From Treponemataceae bacterium (GTDB lineage: Bacteria > Spirochaetota > Spirochaetia > Treponematales > Rectinemataceae): 64,000 nucleotides of DNA. The notes under the pieces are model-generated. The model did no database searches. It was not told where the DNA came from and worked only from the letters and a program-made list of their open reading frames with translations. The translations under genes were made by a program, and so were the position numbers. The number at the start of each line of letters is the position of its first letter. The stretch's first letter is position 1. Below are positions 1-9,528 of the stretch, piece by piece. Location: assembly GCA_963678065.2 (NCBI GenBank), contig CAXXVZ010000003.1:1056001-1120000 (forward strand). Direction: 5' to 3'.

Positions 1-1137
1 TCCACTACCATCGTCGAACTGACCGACCACATCATGCCGCCGGCCGACACAGAATTCGGAGCCCTCATAGCCGGCGCCTTCCATGAGGCTGGAGCCGAAG
101 TCAGGACAGGCGTATCCGTCGTCTCCATCGACGCGGAGAAAAAGACCGCGACACTCTCGGACGGTTCCACGGTACCGGCCGGAATAGTTCTCATCTCGGC
201 GGGAGTCAGACCCAACCTCGACCTCGCCCGCGCGGCCGGTCTCGGGATCGGCGCCGCAGGAGGCCTTTCGGTGGACGAAACCCTCGCGACGAGCGATCCC
301 CACATCTGGGCGGCGGGCGATATGGTTGAAATCAGACGCCTCGTGGACGGGCGGACTGTCCGCATTCCACTCGCCGGCCCCGCCAACAGGCAGGGACGCA
401 TCGCCGGAACCAACGCCCTCGGTGGCTCTGAAACCTACTCAGGCGCCCTCGGAACCTCGGTCTTCAAGGCCGTCGAATCGACCTTCGCGATGACGGGGCT
501 TTCGGAGAAGGCTGCGCGCGACGCGGGCTTCCCCGTGAAGACTTCCACGGTGTTCAGGGGCGATCACGCCTCCTACTACCCCGGCGCGCAGGAACTCGCC
601 CTGAAACTGGTCTACGACGGCTCTTCGGGCCGCCTCCTCGGAGCCCAGGCCTTCGGCAAGGCCGGCGTGGAGAAGCGCATCGACGTGGCAGCCACAGCCC
701 TCGCGGCGGGGATGAAGGTCTCGGACCTCGCCCGCCTCGACCTCGCCTACGCCCCGCCCTACTCCTCGGCGAACGACCCCATCAACATGGCGGCCTTCGC
801 CGCGGAAAACGACATGTCGGGATATTCCCCGAATGTCGCTCCGGCCGAGGCGCTCGCCGCGGCGAAGGAGGCGATCCTCCTCGACGTGAGGACCTACGGG
901 GAGTTCTCGAAACTCTCGCTTGCGGGTTCGGTCCACATTCCCCTGGACGAACTGCGCGACCGCCTCGACGAATTGCCCCGCGACAGAGCCATTCTCGTAG
1001 TCTCGAAGGCGGGTTACGAGGGCCACCTCGCCGCGAGAATCCTCGCGCAGTCCGGACATCCCGGCGTACGCTACGTCTCGGGCGGCATTTCCGCGATGAA
1101 ACTTTTCCCTTCTTTCAGATCGGCACAAGAAGACTGA
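1..1137 (+). CDS. CoA-disulfide reductase-like FAD oxidoreductase with C-terminal rhodanese domain (5' end outside window)
   Basis: IWAAGD FAD motif, PLAGPANRQGR, HASYYPGA, DLAYAPPYS of the CoADR/NADH oxidase family; C-terminal LLDVR...IPLDELR rhodanese domain. Confidence 0.9.
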   Translation, partial: STTIVELTDHIMPPADTEFGALIAGAFHEAGAEVRTGVSVVSIDAEKKTATLSDGSTVPAGIVLISAGVRPNLDLARAAGLGIGAAGGLSVDETLATSDPHIWAAGDMVEIRRLVDGRTVRIPLAGPANRQGRIAGTNALGGSETYSGALGTSVFKAVESTFAMTGLSEKAARDAGFPVKTSTVFRGDHASYYPGAQELALKLVYDGSSGRLLGAQAFGKAGVEKRIDVAATALAAGMKVSDLARLDLAYAPPYSSANDPINMAAFAAENDMSGYSPNVAPAEALAAAKEAILLDVRTYGEFSKLSLAGSVHIPLDELRDRLDELPRDRAILVVSKAGYEGHLAARILAQSGHPGVRYVSGGISAMKLFPSFRSAQED

Positions 1138-1169
1138 AGGGCAGCAGGTATACAGAAGAGGAGCATGAC

Positions 1170-1445
1170 ATGGCAAACGAAGTATCAAGGAAGATCGCGG
1201 CCGGCGCGGCCGTAGTCGACGTGAGGACCGCCGATGAATATGGGGACGGCCACTATCCGGCGGCGAAAAACATTCCCGTCAGCGAGATCATGGCGCGCAT
1301 GGGCGAAATCGGCCCCAGGGACAAACCTGTCATCGTGTACTGCGCCTCGGGCGCCCGCTCGGCTCTCGCGGCCAAGCTCCTCAAGGCCAACGGATTCACC
1401 GACGTCATGAACGCCGGCGGCATCGACGACATGCCCGCAAACTAA
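1170..1445 (+). CDS. Single-domain rhodanese (sulfurtransferase)
   Basis: VVDVRT..EY..GH, active-site loop YCASGARS; AGGAG RBS. Confidence 0.9.
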   Translation: MANEVSRKIAAGAAVVDVRTADEYGDGHYPAAKNIPVSEIMARMGEIGPRDKPVIVYCASGARSALAAKLLKANGFTDVMNAGGIDDMPAN

Positions 1446-1467
1446 AGACGACAGATCCGGCAAATAA

Positions 1468-1510
1468 AAAAGCCGCGCTCCCCGCCGAAAGACGGAAGGG
1501 CGCGGCTTTT
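1468..1510. terminator. Likely bidirectional intrinsic terminator between the rhodanese gene and potD
   Basis: AAAAGCCGCGC...GCGCGGCTTTT inverted repeat between convergent genes. Confidence 0.7.
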
Positions 1511-1599
1511 CGCCGTCCAGGAGGACTGCGCGGCGACTGGTGAAGCCCCGCATGCCATCAGTCCGGCACAGGACTGTCGGGCATTCGCGGGCCCGTCAC

Positions 1600-2667
1600 T
1601 CACTTGCCGACGCGGATCTCCTGCCAGACCTTGTTGTACTTCTCGAGGTCGGCTCCGACATCCTTTTTCAGCTCGCAGGTCGCGAGGGATTCGGCCGAAT
1701 ACCAGGTGTTGCCCTTCTTGAGGGCCCGGGCCGGGACGTTGCAGGTGGCGGGGAATCCGAAATAGTCCACGAACTCCGCGTAAACCTCGGGCCTGTGGAT
1801 GAAGTCCATGAACTTGTAGGCGAGATCTTTGTTCTTGGAGTTCTTGAGGAGGACCATGGAGTCGATGTACATGGGGCCGCCCTCCTTCGGGATGAAGAAG
1901 TCGACCTCGTTCCACTTGGTCTTGTCCACTTCAGCGTAGATGGACTCCGCGTAGCCTTGGGCGACGAGTACCTCGCCGGAGGCGAAGTTTTTCGCGAAGG
2001 CCTCGGCGTCGAACTTGAGAAGATTGGGTTTCCATCCTTTATTCACGAGGTCGCGGGCTTTGGCGAGCTCGCCCTCGTCCACCGAGTTGACCGAGTAGCC
2101 GAGGAATTTGAGTGCGTCCCCGAGGACCTCGCGCATATCGTCCAGCATGACCATCTTTCCGGCGAGATCCTTGCGGCTGAAGATGGACCAGCTCTTGTCG
2201 TATTTCGCGACTTTGGCCTTGTTTACGGCGATGCCGGCGGCGCCCATGTAGTAGGGAACGGAATACTTGTTTCCTGGGTCGAAGTCGCAGCGCGAAAGGA
2301 CTTCGGGGTCGATGTTCTTGAAGGTCGAAATCTTGTCCCGGCCAATTTCCTGGATCATGCCTTCCTTGATCATGATCGAGACATAGTCGCCCGAAGGGAA
2401 GGTGATATCGTAGTCGGCCCCGCCCGCCTTGAGTTTGGCGAACATCTCCTCGTTGGACGCGAAGGAGTCGTAGATGACGTCGACATTGAATTCCTTCTCG
2501 AATTTCTTGATGACCGAATCCGGAATGTAGTAAGTCCAGTTAAAAATATAGAGTTTTTTCTGGTTTTTCGCCGAATTCTTGCCGGAACAGCCGCCAAGCG
2601 CCAAAACAGTCAACAAAAGAATACATGCCGAAGCGGGGATAATAAGCCCGCGGAGGATTTTTTTCAT
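1600..2667 (-). CDS. potD: Spermidine/putrescine ABC transporter substrate-binding lipoprotein
   Basis: Lipobox-like LGGC, IFNWTYYI, SNEEMFAKL, PSGDY, PKEGG, FMDFI. Confidence 0.9.
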   Translation of the reverse strand: MKKILRGLIIPASACILLLTVLALGGCSGKNSAKNQKKLYIFNWTYYIPDSVIKKFEKEFNVDVIYDSFASNEEMFAKLKAGGADYDITFPSGDYVSIMIKEGMIQEIGRDKISTFKNIDPEVLSRCDFDPGNKYSVPYYMGAAGIAVNKAKVAKYDKSWSIFSRKDLAGKMVMLDDMREVLGDALKFLGYSVNSVDEGELAKARDLVNKGWKPNLLKFDAEAFAKNFASGEVLVAQGYAESIYAEVDKTKWNEVDFFIPKEGGPMYIDSMVLLKNSKNKDLAYKFMDFIHRPEVYAEFVDYFGFPATCNVPARALKKGNTWYSAESLATCELKKDVGADLEKYNKVWQEIRVGK

Positions 2668-2753
2668 TTTTCCTCCCCCTTATCGACCGATGATTCCGGA
2701 ACCCAGGGCTCCGGTTTCGGCCCGGCGGGACACGACCCTATCGGGCCGCACCC

Positions 2754-3635
2754 TTACCGGGCCGCGAAAGCTTTCAGGAAATTGCGCAGCGGGTACACGA
2801 GCAGGATGGTTCCAGCCACCATGACGACTGACAGCGCGTTGATGACGGGCGAGACACCGAAGCGGATCATCGAGTAGATGTAGAGCGGCAGGGTCGTCGC
2901 CCCCGGTCCCGAGACGAAGAAGGTGATGACGAAATCCTCGAGAGAGAGGGTGATCGCCGTAATGAACCCGGAAGCGATGCCAGGAAGAGCCACCGGGATT
3001 ATGACGCGCAGAAGGGTCTGCACCTCGTTGGCCCCGAGGTCCCTGGCCGCCTCGATGATGGTCGGATCGAATTCCTCCATCCTCGCCGACACGAGGAGAT
3101 AGACGAATGGCAGGTTGAAGGTGGTGTGGGCGATCCAGACCGTCGCCATGCCGAGCTTGAGTCCGACGCCGGCGAAAAACACGAGGAGAGAGACGCCCAC
3201 GACGATCTCGGGGAGAATCATGGGCAAAAAGCTCATGGCTTTCACGTAGGGCTTGAGTCGGAACGAGTAGCGCGCCGTCCCCACGGCGGCCAGCGTGCCG
3301 AGGACAGTGGCGGCGCAGGCTGAACCGAAGGCGACGACGATGCTGTTGCGGAAGGCGTGCCAGAGGTCGGGAGAATCGAAGAGGAGTTTCTCGTACCAGA
3401 CTGTGGAGAAACCCGTCCAGCTGCCGCCGCGGGAGGAATTGAAGGAGTAGATCAGGAGGACGACGAGGGGCATGAAGAGGAAACCGATCACGACCCAGAA
3501 CAGTATGTCGGAGAAGGTCGTCTTCTTCGGCATGATGGATGCGGCGAGTCTCGCACCCTTCCGGAGGGCGCGTCTCGTCTTCCAGATGGCGGCGACCCTC
3601 CAGGGGCTGATCCGGTGTATCCGGGCCGCGCTCAT
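2754..3635 (-). CDS. potC: Polyamine ABC transporter permease (start could instead be 3533)
   Basis: YSFN, PMILPEIV, EAARDLGA, TTLPLYIYS..RFGVSPVINA; ATGA overlap with potB stop. Confidence 0.88.
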   Translation of the reverse strand: MSAARIHRISPWRVAAIWKTRRALRKGARLAASIMPKKTTFSDILFWVVIGFLFMPLVVLLIYSFNSSRGGSWTGFSTVWYEKLLFDSPDLWHAFRNSIVVAFGSACAATVLGTLAAVGTARYSFRLKPYVKAMSFLPMILPEIVVGVSLLVFFAGVGLKLGMATVWIAHTTFNLPFVYLLVSARMEEFDPTIIEAARDLGANEVQTLLRVIIPVALPGIASGFITAITLSLEDFVITFFVSGPGATTLPLYIYSMIRFGVSPVINALSVVMVAGTILLVYPLRNFLKAFAAR

Positions 3636-4567
3636 CGTCCGGTCTCCGCGGCGGAGGATCTGGCAGAGACGATCCCGCGGGGGGTCCCTGTGCCGTCTCC
3701 GCTGTTTCTGATGCTCTCGGCGATGCGTTCCCGCGCCCGCGCCGACTGCGATCTCGACCGGAGGGCGAAGAGCATGGCTGCCACGGCCGTCATGAAGGTC
3801 ACCGACATGCTGATGGACGAGGCGAGCGGCCAGTTCCGCGTCTTCGTGACCTGGTCGGCGATGACGTTGCCGAGCATGTAGGAGTCTTTCCCGCCGACGA
3901 GGAGGGGGACGGCGTAGGCTCCGAAAATCGGGATGAAGGTGAAGAGCACGGCCGTCACGATGCCGCCCCTGATGTTGGGCAGCATGATGCGCAGGTAGGA
4001 CTGCATCCTCGTCGCCCCGAGATCGCGGGCGGCTTCTAGGAGTGTGAAGTCGAACTTGTCGATGGTGGAAAAGAGGGGGAGAATGGCGTAGGGAAGGTAC
4101 ATGTAGACGAGGACGATGATGACGGCGCCTTGATTGTAGAGGAACTGGATCGGCTCGGCGCGCAAGCCCGCGATGGCGAGGAGGTCGTTCAGAAAGCCCG
4201 TGTTCCCGAGGATGGCTATCCAGGCGTAGATGCGCACGAGGAAGTTCGTCCAGAAGGGAACGATGACGAGGAAGAGCTTGACGGTCTGATTGTGGCTCCG
4301 CGCGATGCTGTATCCGCAGGGAAGGGCTATGAGAATCGTCAGGATGGTCGCGGCGACGGAAACCCAGAGAGTCCTGAACGCGACGGTGAGGAGTGTAGGA
4401 TTGGCCAGGGCTGCGTAGGCGTCCAGGCTGAACTCGGACGTCACGCCGCCGTACAGCCCCTTCTGCAGAAATGAATATGCGACAATTATGAAGATTGGCG
4501 CCGCAAAAAAGAGGCTGAGCCAGAGAGCCTGGGGCGCGGCGTAGACCGCTCCGTAGTTGCGTTTCAT
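3632..4567 (-). CDS. potB: Polyamine ABC transporter permease
   Basis: PFWTNFLVRIYAW, YLPYAILP, EAARDLGA, RNWP; start set at MKRNY. Confidence 0.88.
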   Translation of the reverse strand: MKRNYGAVYAAPQALWLSLFFAAPIFIIVAYSFLQKGLYGGVTSEFSLDAYAALANPTLLTVAFRTLWVSVAATILTILIALPCGYSIARSHNQTVKLFLVIVPFWTNFLVRIYAWIAILGNTGFLNDLLAIAGLRAEPIQFLYNQGAVIIVLVYMYLPYAILPLFSTIDKFDFTLLEAARDLGATRMQSYLRIMLPNIRGGIVTAVLFTFIPIFGAYAVPLLVGGKDSYMLGNVIADQVTKTRNWPLASSISMSVTFMTAVAAMLFALRSRSQSARARERIAESIRNSGDGTGTPRGIVSARSSAAETGR

Positions 4568-4577
4568 CGGCGTATGT

Positions 4578-5675
4578 TCAATTTTCGACCACGACGGCGT
4601 CGTGGGCGCTGAAGGAGAGGTAGACTTCATCCTTCCACTCGATGTCGGGAACTCCCTCGGACCAGGTGGCGTGCTGCCGGAAAACGGCGATGGGAGTCGG
4701 AGCACCGACACCGACGAGGTACTTGGTCTGGAAGCCGGAATAGATCGGCTCGGCCACGATACCGCGCAGGATGTTCATGTCGCCGTGAACATGAGGAGAT
4801 TCAGGTGAAATCCTGATTTTTTCCGGCCGCACGGTGACACTCACCGCGCTTCCCTCGGTCAGGGGCCGGTCCTCCTCGACGAAGATCGAACCATAATCCT
4901 CGGTCGCGACCGTCAGGATCTGTCCGCGGCGGGCGGTGACTGTCCCGGAAAACATGTTTGTCTCGCCGATGAAGCGGGCGACGAAGTCAGAGGCGGGATT
5001 CTCGTAGATCTGTTGGGGACTGCCGACCTGGAGGATGTCGCCCGCGTTCATCACGGCGATCCGGTCCGAAACGGAGAGGGCTTCCTGCTGGTCGTGGGTG
5101 ACGTAGATGAAGGTGATTCCGACAGTGTCGTGGATGGCGTCCAGCTCCATGAGCATGTGTTGGCGGAGCTTGGCGTCCAAGGCGGAGAGGGGCTCGTCCA
5201 GGAGGAGGACGGAGGGCTCGTTGATGAGGGCCCGCGCAATGGCCACGCGCTGCTTCTGACCGCCTGAGAGCATGGATGGCTTCTTGTCCGCGTGTGCCTC
5301 GAGCTGGACGAGGGCGAGATGTTTGCGCACGAGTTCCCGGACCAGCTTGGGCTGCGTCTTCCTGATGCGCAGGGGAAAGGCCACATTCTCGAAGACGGTG
5401 AGGTGGGGAAAGAGGGCGTAGCTCTGGAAAACGGTATTGCAGTGCCTTTTGTCCGGAGGGAGACCGGAGACCTCGCGGTTGTCGATGCTGATGGTGCCGC
5501 AGTCGGGGTCTTCGAAGCCCGCGATGACCCGCAGAAGCGTCGTTTTGCCGCAGCCCGAGGGGCCGAGAAGGGAGAAGAACTCCCCTTTTTTTATAGTCAG
5601 CGAAACATCCTTCAGCGCCTTGAAGTCGCCGAAGGACTTGGACACGCCCGAAACGGTAACATCGGAACCTTTCAC
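4578..5675 (-). CDS. potA: Polyamine ABC transporter ATP-binding protein
   Basis: Walker A GPSGCGKTT, NTVFQSYALFPH, LSGGQ, LLLDEP, THDQ. Confidence 0.92.
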   Translation of the reverse strand: MKGSDVTVSGVSKSFGDFKALKDVSLTIKKGEFFSLLGPSGCGKTTLLRVIAGFEDPDCGTISIDNREVSGLPPDKRHCNTVFQSYALFPHLTVFENVAFPLRIRKTQPKLVRELVRKHLALVQLEAHADKKPSMLSGGQKQRVAIARALINEPSVLLLDEPLSALDAKLRQHMLMELDAIHDTVGITFIYVTHDQQEALSVSDRIAVMNAGDILQVGSPQQIYENPASDFVARFIGETNMFSGTVTARRGQILTVATEDYGSIFVEEDRPLTEGSAVSVTVRPEKIRISPESPHVHGDMNILRGIVAEPIYSGFQTKYLVGVGAPTPIAVFRQHATWSEGVPDIEWKDEVYLSFSAHDAVVVEN

Positions 5676-5714
5676 CGCTTCACGTCTCCTCGTCGGGTGG
5701 TATCTTCTTGGGAT

Positions 5715-5743
5715 GGTATAAGTAATGACGAATCATTCGTCAA
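5715..5743 (-). promoter_or_regulatory. Putative pot promoter with overlapping perfect palindrome (candidate operator)
   Basis: Minus strand TTGACG-17-TATACC; palindrome TGACGAAT-C-ATTCGTCA at 5726-5742. Confidence 0.5.
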
Positions 5744-5833
5744 TATACTTTGAGAAAAATATCCCCGATAATCCGTATATTCACTCGGAATCGCGGAGGA
5801 ATCCCCACCCGAGGCGGGCTCCCGGAGCCGCAC

Positions 5834-6985
5834 TCAGATCCGTGAATCATTCAGCCCGGCTTCGTAGCAGGTGAAGCACTCCCGGATCCTGAACCCTTCG
5901 GAGAGATAGAGGGCGAGGGCCTTCCCGTTTTCCGCGTTGACGGAGAGATCGACGCGCTGAAATCGCCGTTCTGCCACAGATGCCTCGCCATTGGCTACGC
6001 CGGATGCCTCGCCATTGGCTACGCCGGATGCCTCGCCATTGGCTACGCCGGATGCCTCGCCATTGGCTACGCCAATGGCGGCGCGGAGAAGGATCCTCCC
6101 GTACCCCCGCCCTTGAAATGCCGGGAAGACGGCGATTGGACCTATCGTGGCGCTCTGCGAATGAGGTTCCTCGAGATTGACGAGGATGCAGGCAAGGCCG
6201 GCGAGGCTCGCTTCTGCCAAGAGGAAAATGTAGGAGTCAGCAAATTCCGCTTCGGCGTGCAGGCTGCGCTCCAGGCCCTCAGGATCGAGATGGTTGTGGC
6301 CGGCCAGGGCCGCGAAGGCCTCGTTGATGATCGAACACCAGGCAGGGGCAGCGACGGGGTCGAGGCCTCCCGCCGGATCGCGAAGTCCGGCACGGAGCAA
6401 TCGCAGTCCGGGAGGAAGTCCACAGTGACTTGCCGGTGCGCGCAGAGAAGAGGCTTCCACGGTCGGCAGATCGGAAGGACAATGGATTGAGAAAGACGGA
6501 TTCAGCGGGTCAGGGTCAACGGGATAGTTCAATGTATACTGGGCGTCGGCGGGACCGAGAGGCCTGTCGAGAACCCAGGAATGGCGCTTGGCGGAAAAGC
6601 CGAGGGATTCCCATACTGCGCGCGCGGCGGTCGCCGTGCCGGGCAGGAAGGCGTAGACGCGGGGAACAATGCTTGCGCAGCACGAGCGGGCCGCCTCGAA
6701 AAGCATCCTGTAGTCTTCCCCCCTTCCGCCCGCCGAATGGAAGATTCTGAGCCGCGCGAGGCCTCTTTCGCGCGAGGCGGGGTCGAGCATGACAGAGATG
6801 GCGCCGAGGATTTCCCCTCCCCCTGCCCTCCTCCTGAGGACCCAGGCCCGGTCATGCTCGCCGAAATCGCCGAGATCGGGCTCGGAGAGCCAGGAGTCGT
6901 CGTGTTCGCCGCGGTGGGCGCGGCAATAGTCCAGGAGGCCTTCACGGTTTTCCGGCCCTACGGCCTCGATGTGGTATGATTCCAT
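5834..6985 (-). CDS. GNAT family acetyltransferase (probably two GNAT domains)
   Basis: V.PAFQGRGYGR acetyl-CoA motif, LSVNAENGKALALYLSEGF; N-terminal half ends WESLGF. Confidence 0.8.
   Translation of the reverse strand: MESYHIEAVGPENREGLLDYCRAHRGEHDDSWLSEPDLGDFGEHDRAWVLRRRAGGGEILGAISVMLDPASRERGLARLRIFHSAGGRGEDYRMLFEAARSCCASIVPRVYAFLPGTATAARAVWESLGFSAKRHSWVLDRPLGPADAQYTLNYPVDPDPLNPSFSIHCPSDLPTVEASSLRAPASHCGLPPGLRLLRAGLRDPAGGLDPVAAPAWCSIINEAFAALAGHNHLDPEGLERSLHAEAEFADSYIFLLAEASLAGLACILVNLEEPHSQSATIGPIAVFPAFQGRGYGRILLRAAIGVANGEASGVANGEASGVANGEASGVANGEASVAERRFQRVDLSVNAENGKALALYLSEGFRIRECFTCYEAGLNDSRI
5979..6073. repeat. 24-bp tandem repeat, about 4 copies (GATGCCTCGCCATTGGCTACGCCG), encoding GVANGEAS x4
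   Basis: Directly visible exact repeats. Confidence 0.95.
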
Positions 6986-7033
6986 ACGGTTTCCACGTCC
7001 TCCCGGAGCCAGGCTTCTCTCGGATTCCAGGTT

Positions 7034-8713
7034 TCAGCCGCCGATCGAGCCCGCGACCGTTTCGAGGACCCTGTCGCAGAGAGCGCGCGCCTCGGTCGTC
7101 AGTATCCCGATCCGGGACCTCATGTCGGCCTTGAAAGCCTCGTCCTTCACGGGAACAAGGTTGATCCAGATATTGAGCGCGGCCCCCTCAAGCCCGGCCT
7201 TGGCCATCAGGGCGCCGACTCCCGCGTCGGAGGCGGAGTTCCTGTTGCCGGAGTGCGCCGCATCATGACAGAGTCGGATCACTTCGAGGCAGGCCTCCGC
7301 GGTCGCGAGGGGCACGAGGGAGGCCTGCCGGTAGCCCGCCTGGATCGCGGCTTCGCGCGCCGCCGCCTGGACAGCGCCGGCCTTGGGAAGTTTCATGGCA
7401 TCCATCAGATCCTTGAAGGCGAGCGTGTCCTCATCCACGGCGCACAGCAGTCTGGCCTTGACTTCCTGGGCGCGGAGCGCGAGGGCCGCCATGTCCTTCC
7501 AGGCTGACTCGTAGCCCTTCTTGCCGACGGTCAGGTTGCCGACCATGGCGGCGAGGGCTGCGCCGAGGCTCCCTGCGAGGGCCGCCACCGATCCTCCTCC
7601 GGGCGCAGGGGATTCGGCGGAGACTTCGTCGACGAAGCCTGAGACAGTGAGCCCCGCGAGCCAGGCTGGTTTCGCGCAGGCGTATTCGATGATCTTCTTC
7701 CGGGGATCGAAGGCGGACACGGAGTCCAGCCCCATGGTCCTGCGCGCGGTCTCGACGAGTTCGGCCTCACAGAGGCCGGGGCTCTTGCCCATCTTCGCGA
7801 GATAGTGCCTTCCGGCCTCCAGCATGGGTTCGAGGGGGACGAGGCCCACGAGTTCGCTGCCGGTCACGACGAGTCCGAGCTTTTCGGCCTCGCGGCGTAC
7901 GGTATCGAATACCTCGTGCAGAGGGGTCGCGCGGTAGTCGACGAGGTTGATGGACACCTGGGCGCAGCGGTAGCTCTCGATGTACCAGCCAATGGCGCGC
8001 ACGGCGCGCAGAAGACCGGGAGCCTTCACGGTTTCGCCCTTCTCATCCTTGAGAATGTTCCCCGCCGCGTCGCGGGCCGCCCTGCCCCCCTCGCGGATCG
8101 AGAGGGCGATCTCGGTGGCGAGCCTTTTGTCAGTCGTGTTGAGGTTGACGTTGTAGGCGATGAGGAACTCGCGCGCGCCCGTGACCGTGGCGCCCCACCG
8201 CGGGACGAAGGAGGCGGGGCCGAAATCGGGCAGCCACTCCGGATCGGCGAGCTTCGCGGCGAGGCCCTCGTATTCGCCCGACCTGATGTCGGCGAGGCTC
8301 CTGCGCCCGGGCCTGCTCGCGGCGTATTCGTAGAGATAGACAGGGACGCCCAGTTCCGAGGCGAGCATGGCGCCGAATCGACGGGATACCTCTGCGCAGT
8401 CGTCCATCGTCGCGCCCGAGACGGGCACGAAGGGGCAGACATCGAGGGCGCCCATGCGCGGATGCTCTCCCGAATGCCGCGACATGTCGATGAGGGCGAA
8501 GGCCTTTCGGGCTGCCGCCACGGCCGCGGCGAGGACGGCGTCGGGATTTCCGACGAAGGTGTAGACTGTCCGGTTGGTGTCGGCCCCGTGGTCGACATCG
8601 AGGAGGCTCACGCCTTCGGTGCCGGAAATGGCGGCCGCGATGGCGTCGATTATCTGTCTGTCCCTGCCCTCCGAGAAGTTGGGGACGCATTCGATGATGG
8701 GCTGGAGGCTCAT
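7034..8713 (-). CDS. ftcD: Glutamate formimidoyltransferase / formiminotetrahydrofolate cyclodeaminase (bifunctional)
   Basis: IECVPNFSEGR, HPRMGALDVCPF, LIAYNVNL; C-terminal SPAPGGGS, SDAGVG..A.LN cyclodeaminase motifs. Confidence 0.93.
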   Translation of the reverse strand: MSLQPIIECVPNFSEGRDRQIIDAIAAAISGTEGVSLLDVDHGADTNRTVYTFVGNPDAVLAAAVAAARKAFALIDMSRHSGEHPRMGALDVCPFVPVSGATMDDCAEVSRRFGAMLASELGVPVYLYEYAASRPGRRSLADIRSGEYEGLAAKLADPEWLPDFGPASFVPRWGATVTGAREFLIAYNVNLNTTDKRLATEIALSIREGGRAARDAAGNILKDEKGETVKAPGLLRAVRAIGWYIESYRCAQVSINLVDYRATPLHEVFDTVRREAEKLGLVVTGSELVGLVPLEPMLEAGRHYLAKMGKSPGLCEAELVETARRTMGLDSVSAFDPRKKIIEYACAKPAWLAGLTVSGFVDEVSAESPAPGGGSVAALAGSLGAALAAMVGNLTVGKKGYESAWKDMAALALRAQEVKARLLCAVDEDTLAFKDLMDAMKLPKAGAVQAAAREAAIQAGYRQASLVPLATAEACLEVIRLCHDAAHSGNRNSASDAGVGALMAKAGLEGAALNIWINLVPVKDEAFKADMRSRIGILTTEARALCDRVLETVAGSIGG

Positions 8714-8830
8714 GGCATTCTCCTTGTGAGTGCAAAAGCTGGAGAACGCAATTCTATCATGTCGGCGGATTTTCCGGAACGCGGGATCGGAACAATACTG
8801 CCGGCCTGGATGGAGGACGGCCGGATCCGG

Positions 8831-9526
8831 TCAGACTGAGGGGCCGGAAGGCCGCATTTTTTCGGCGAGCACGATGAGGGAGGCCGGCCGGCCCGTCAGG
8901 GGAAGCGTGGGCTCTCTCATCTCTCTGATGACAAGCCCCTGCTCGGCGAAGAGCCGCACCCAGTCTCCGACAGTCCTGAAGTACCAGGGAGCGGGGTCGG
9001 TGAACTCGGGGCCGAATCCCGCCCAGGAGCCCTCCCGCCAGCCTGCGGCATAGGGGAGCTCGCCGCAGGCCACGACGGGATGCAGGGTCTGCACGACGAA
9101 GCTCCCTCCCGGCGCGAGGATACGGGGTATGGCGGAAAAAACCGCTTCGACCGACTCTTTACCGATGAGGGAAAAATTGCAGACGGCGAGATCGAAGGAC
9201 TCGACCGGAAATTCTCGGGAGAGCGCATCGTAGGGTACCTGTCTGAACTCGCCGCCACCCGAGCGCCGGGCCGCATCGACGAGGGACTGAACCGCGTCGA
9301 TGCCGATGACGGCGATGCCCCGCGAGGAAAGGGCGCGGGCCAACCAGCCCTCCCCGCAGCCTATGTCGAGGACCCGTCGCGGATTGCGCGAGAGGACAGC
9401 GTCCAGGACTGCCAGGTCGGTGACGGCGACCCGACTCGCTATCCTGCCCTCGCGCACCGCGGCGGTCCAGGCATCGGGATTCCTGTTCCAGGACCGGATG
9501 ATTCCGTCATCGCTCAGGGGCAGCAT
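8831..9526 (-). CDS. Class I SAM-dependent methyltransferase
   Basis: VLDIGCGEGW motif I, FDLAVCNF. Confidence 0.85.
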   Translation of the reverse strand: MLPLSDDGIIRSWNRNPDAWTAAVREGRIASRVAVTDLAVLDAVLSRNPRRVLDIGCGEGWLARALSSRGIAVIGIDAVQSLVDAARRSGGGEFRQVPYDALSREFPVESFDLAVCNFSLIGKESVEAVFSAIPRILAPGGSFVVQTLHPVVACGELPYAAGWREGSWAGFGPEFTDPAPWYFRTVGDWVRLFAEQGLVIREMREPTLPLTGRPASLIVLAEKMRPSGPSV

Positions 9527-9528
9527 GC

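Noticed and set aside
5979..6073. Repeat array as a possible CRISPR
   Set aside because: Head-to-tail copies with no spacers, in frame in a CDS, and no cas genes
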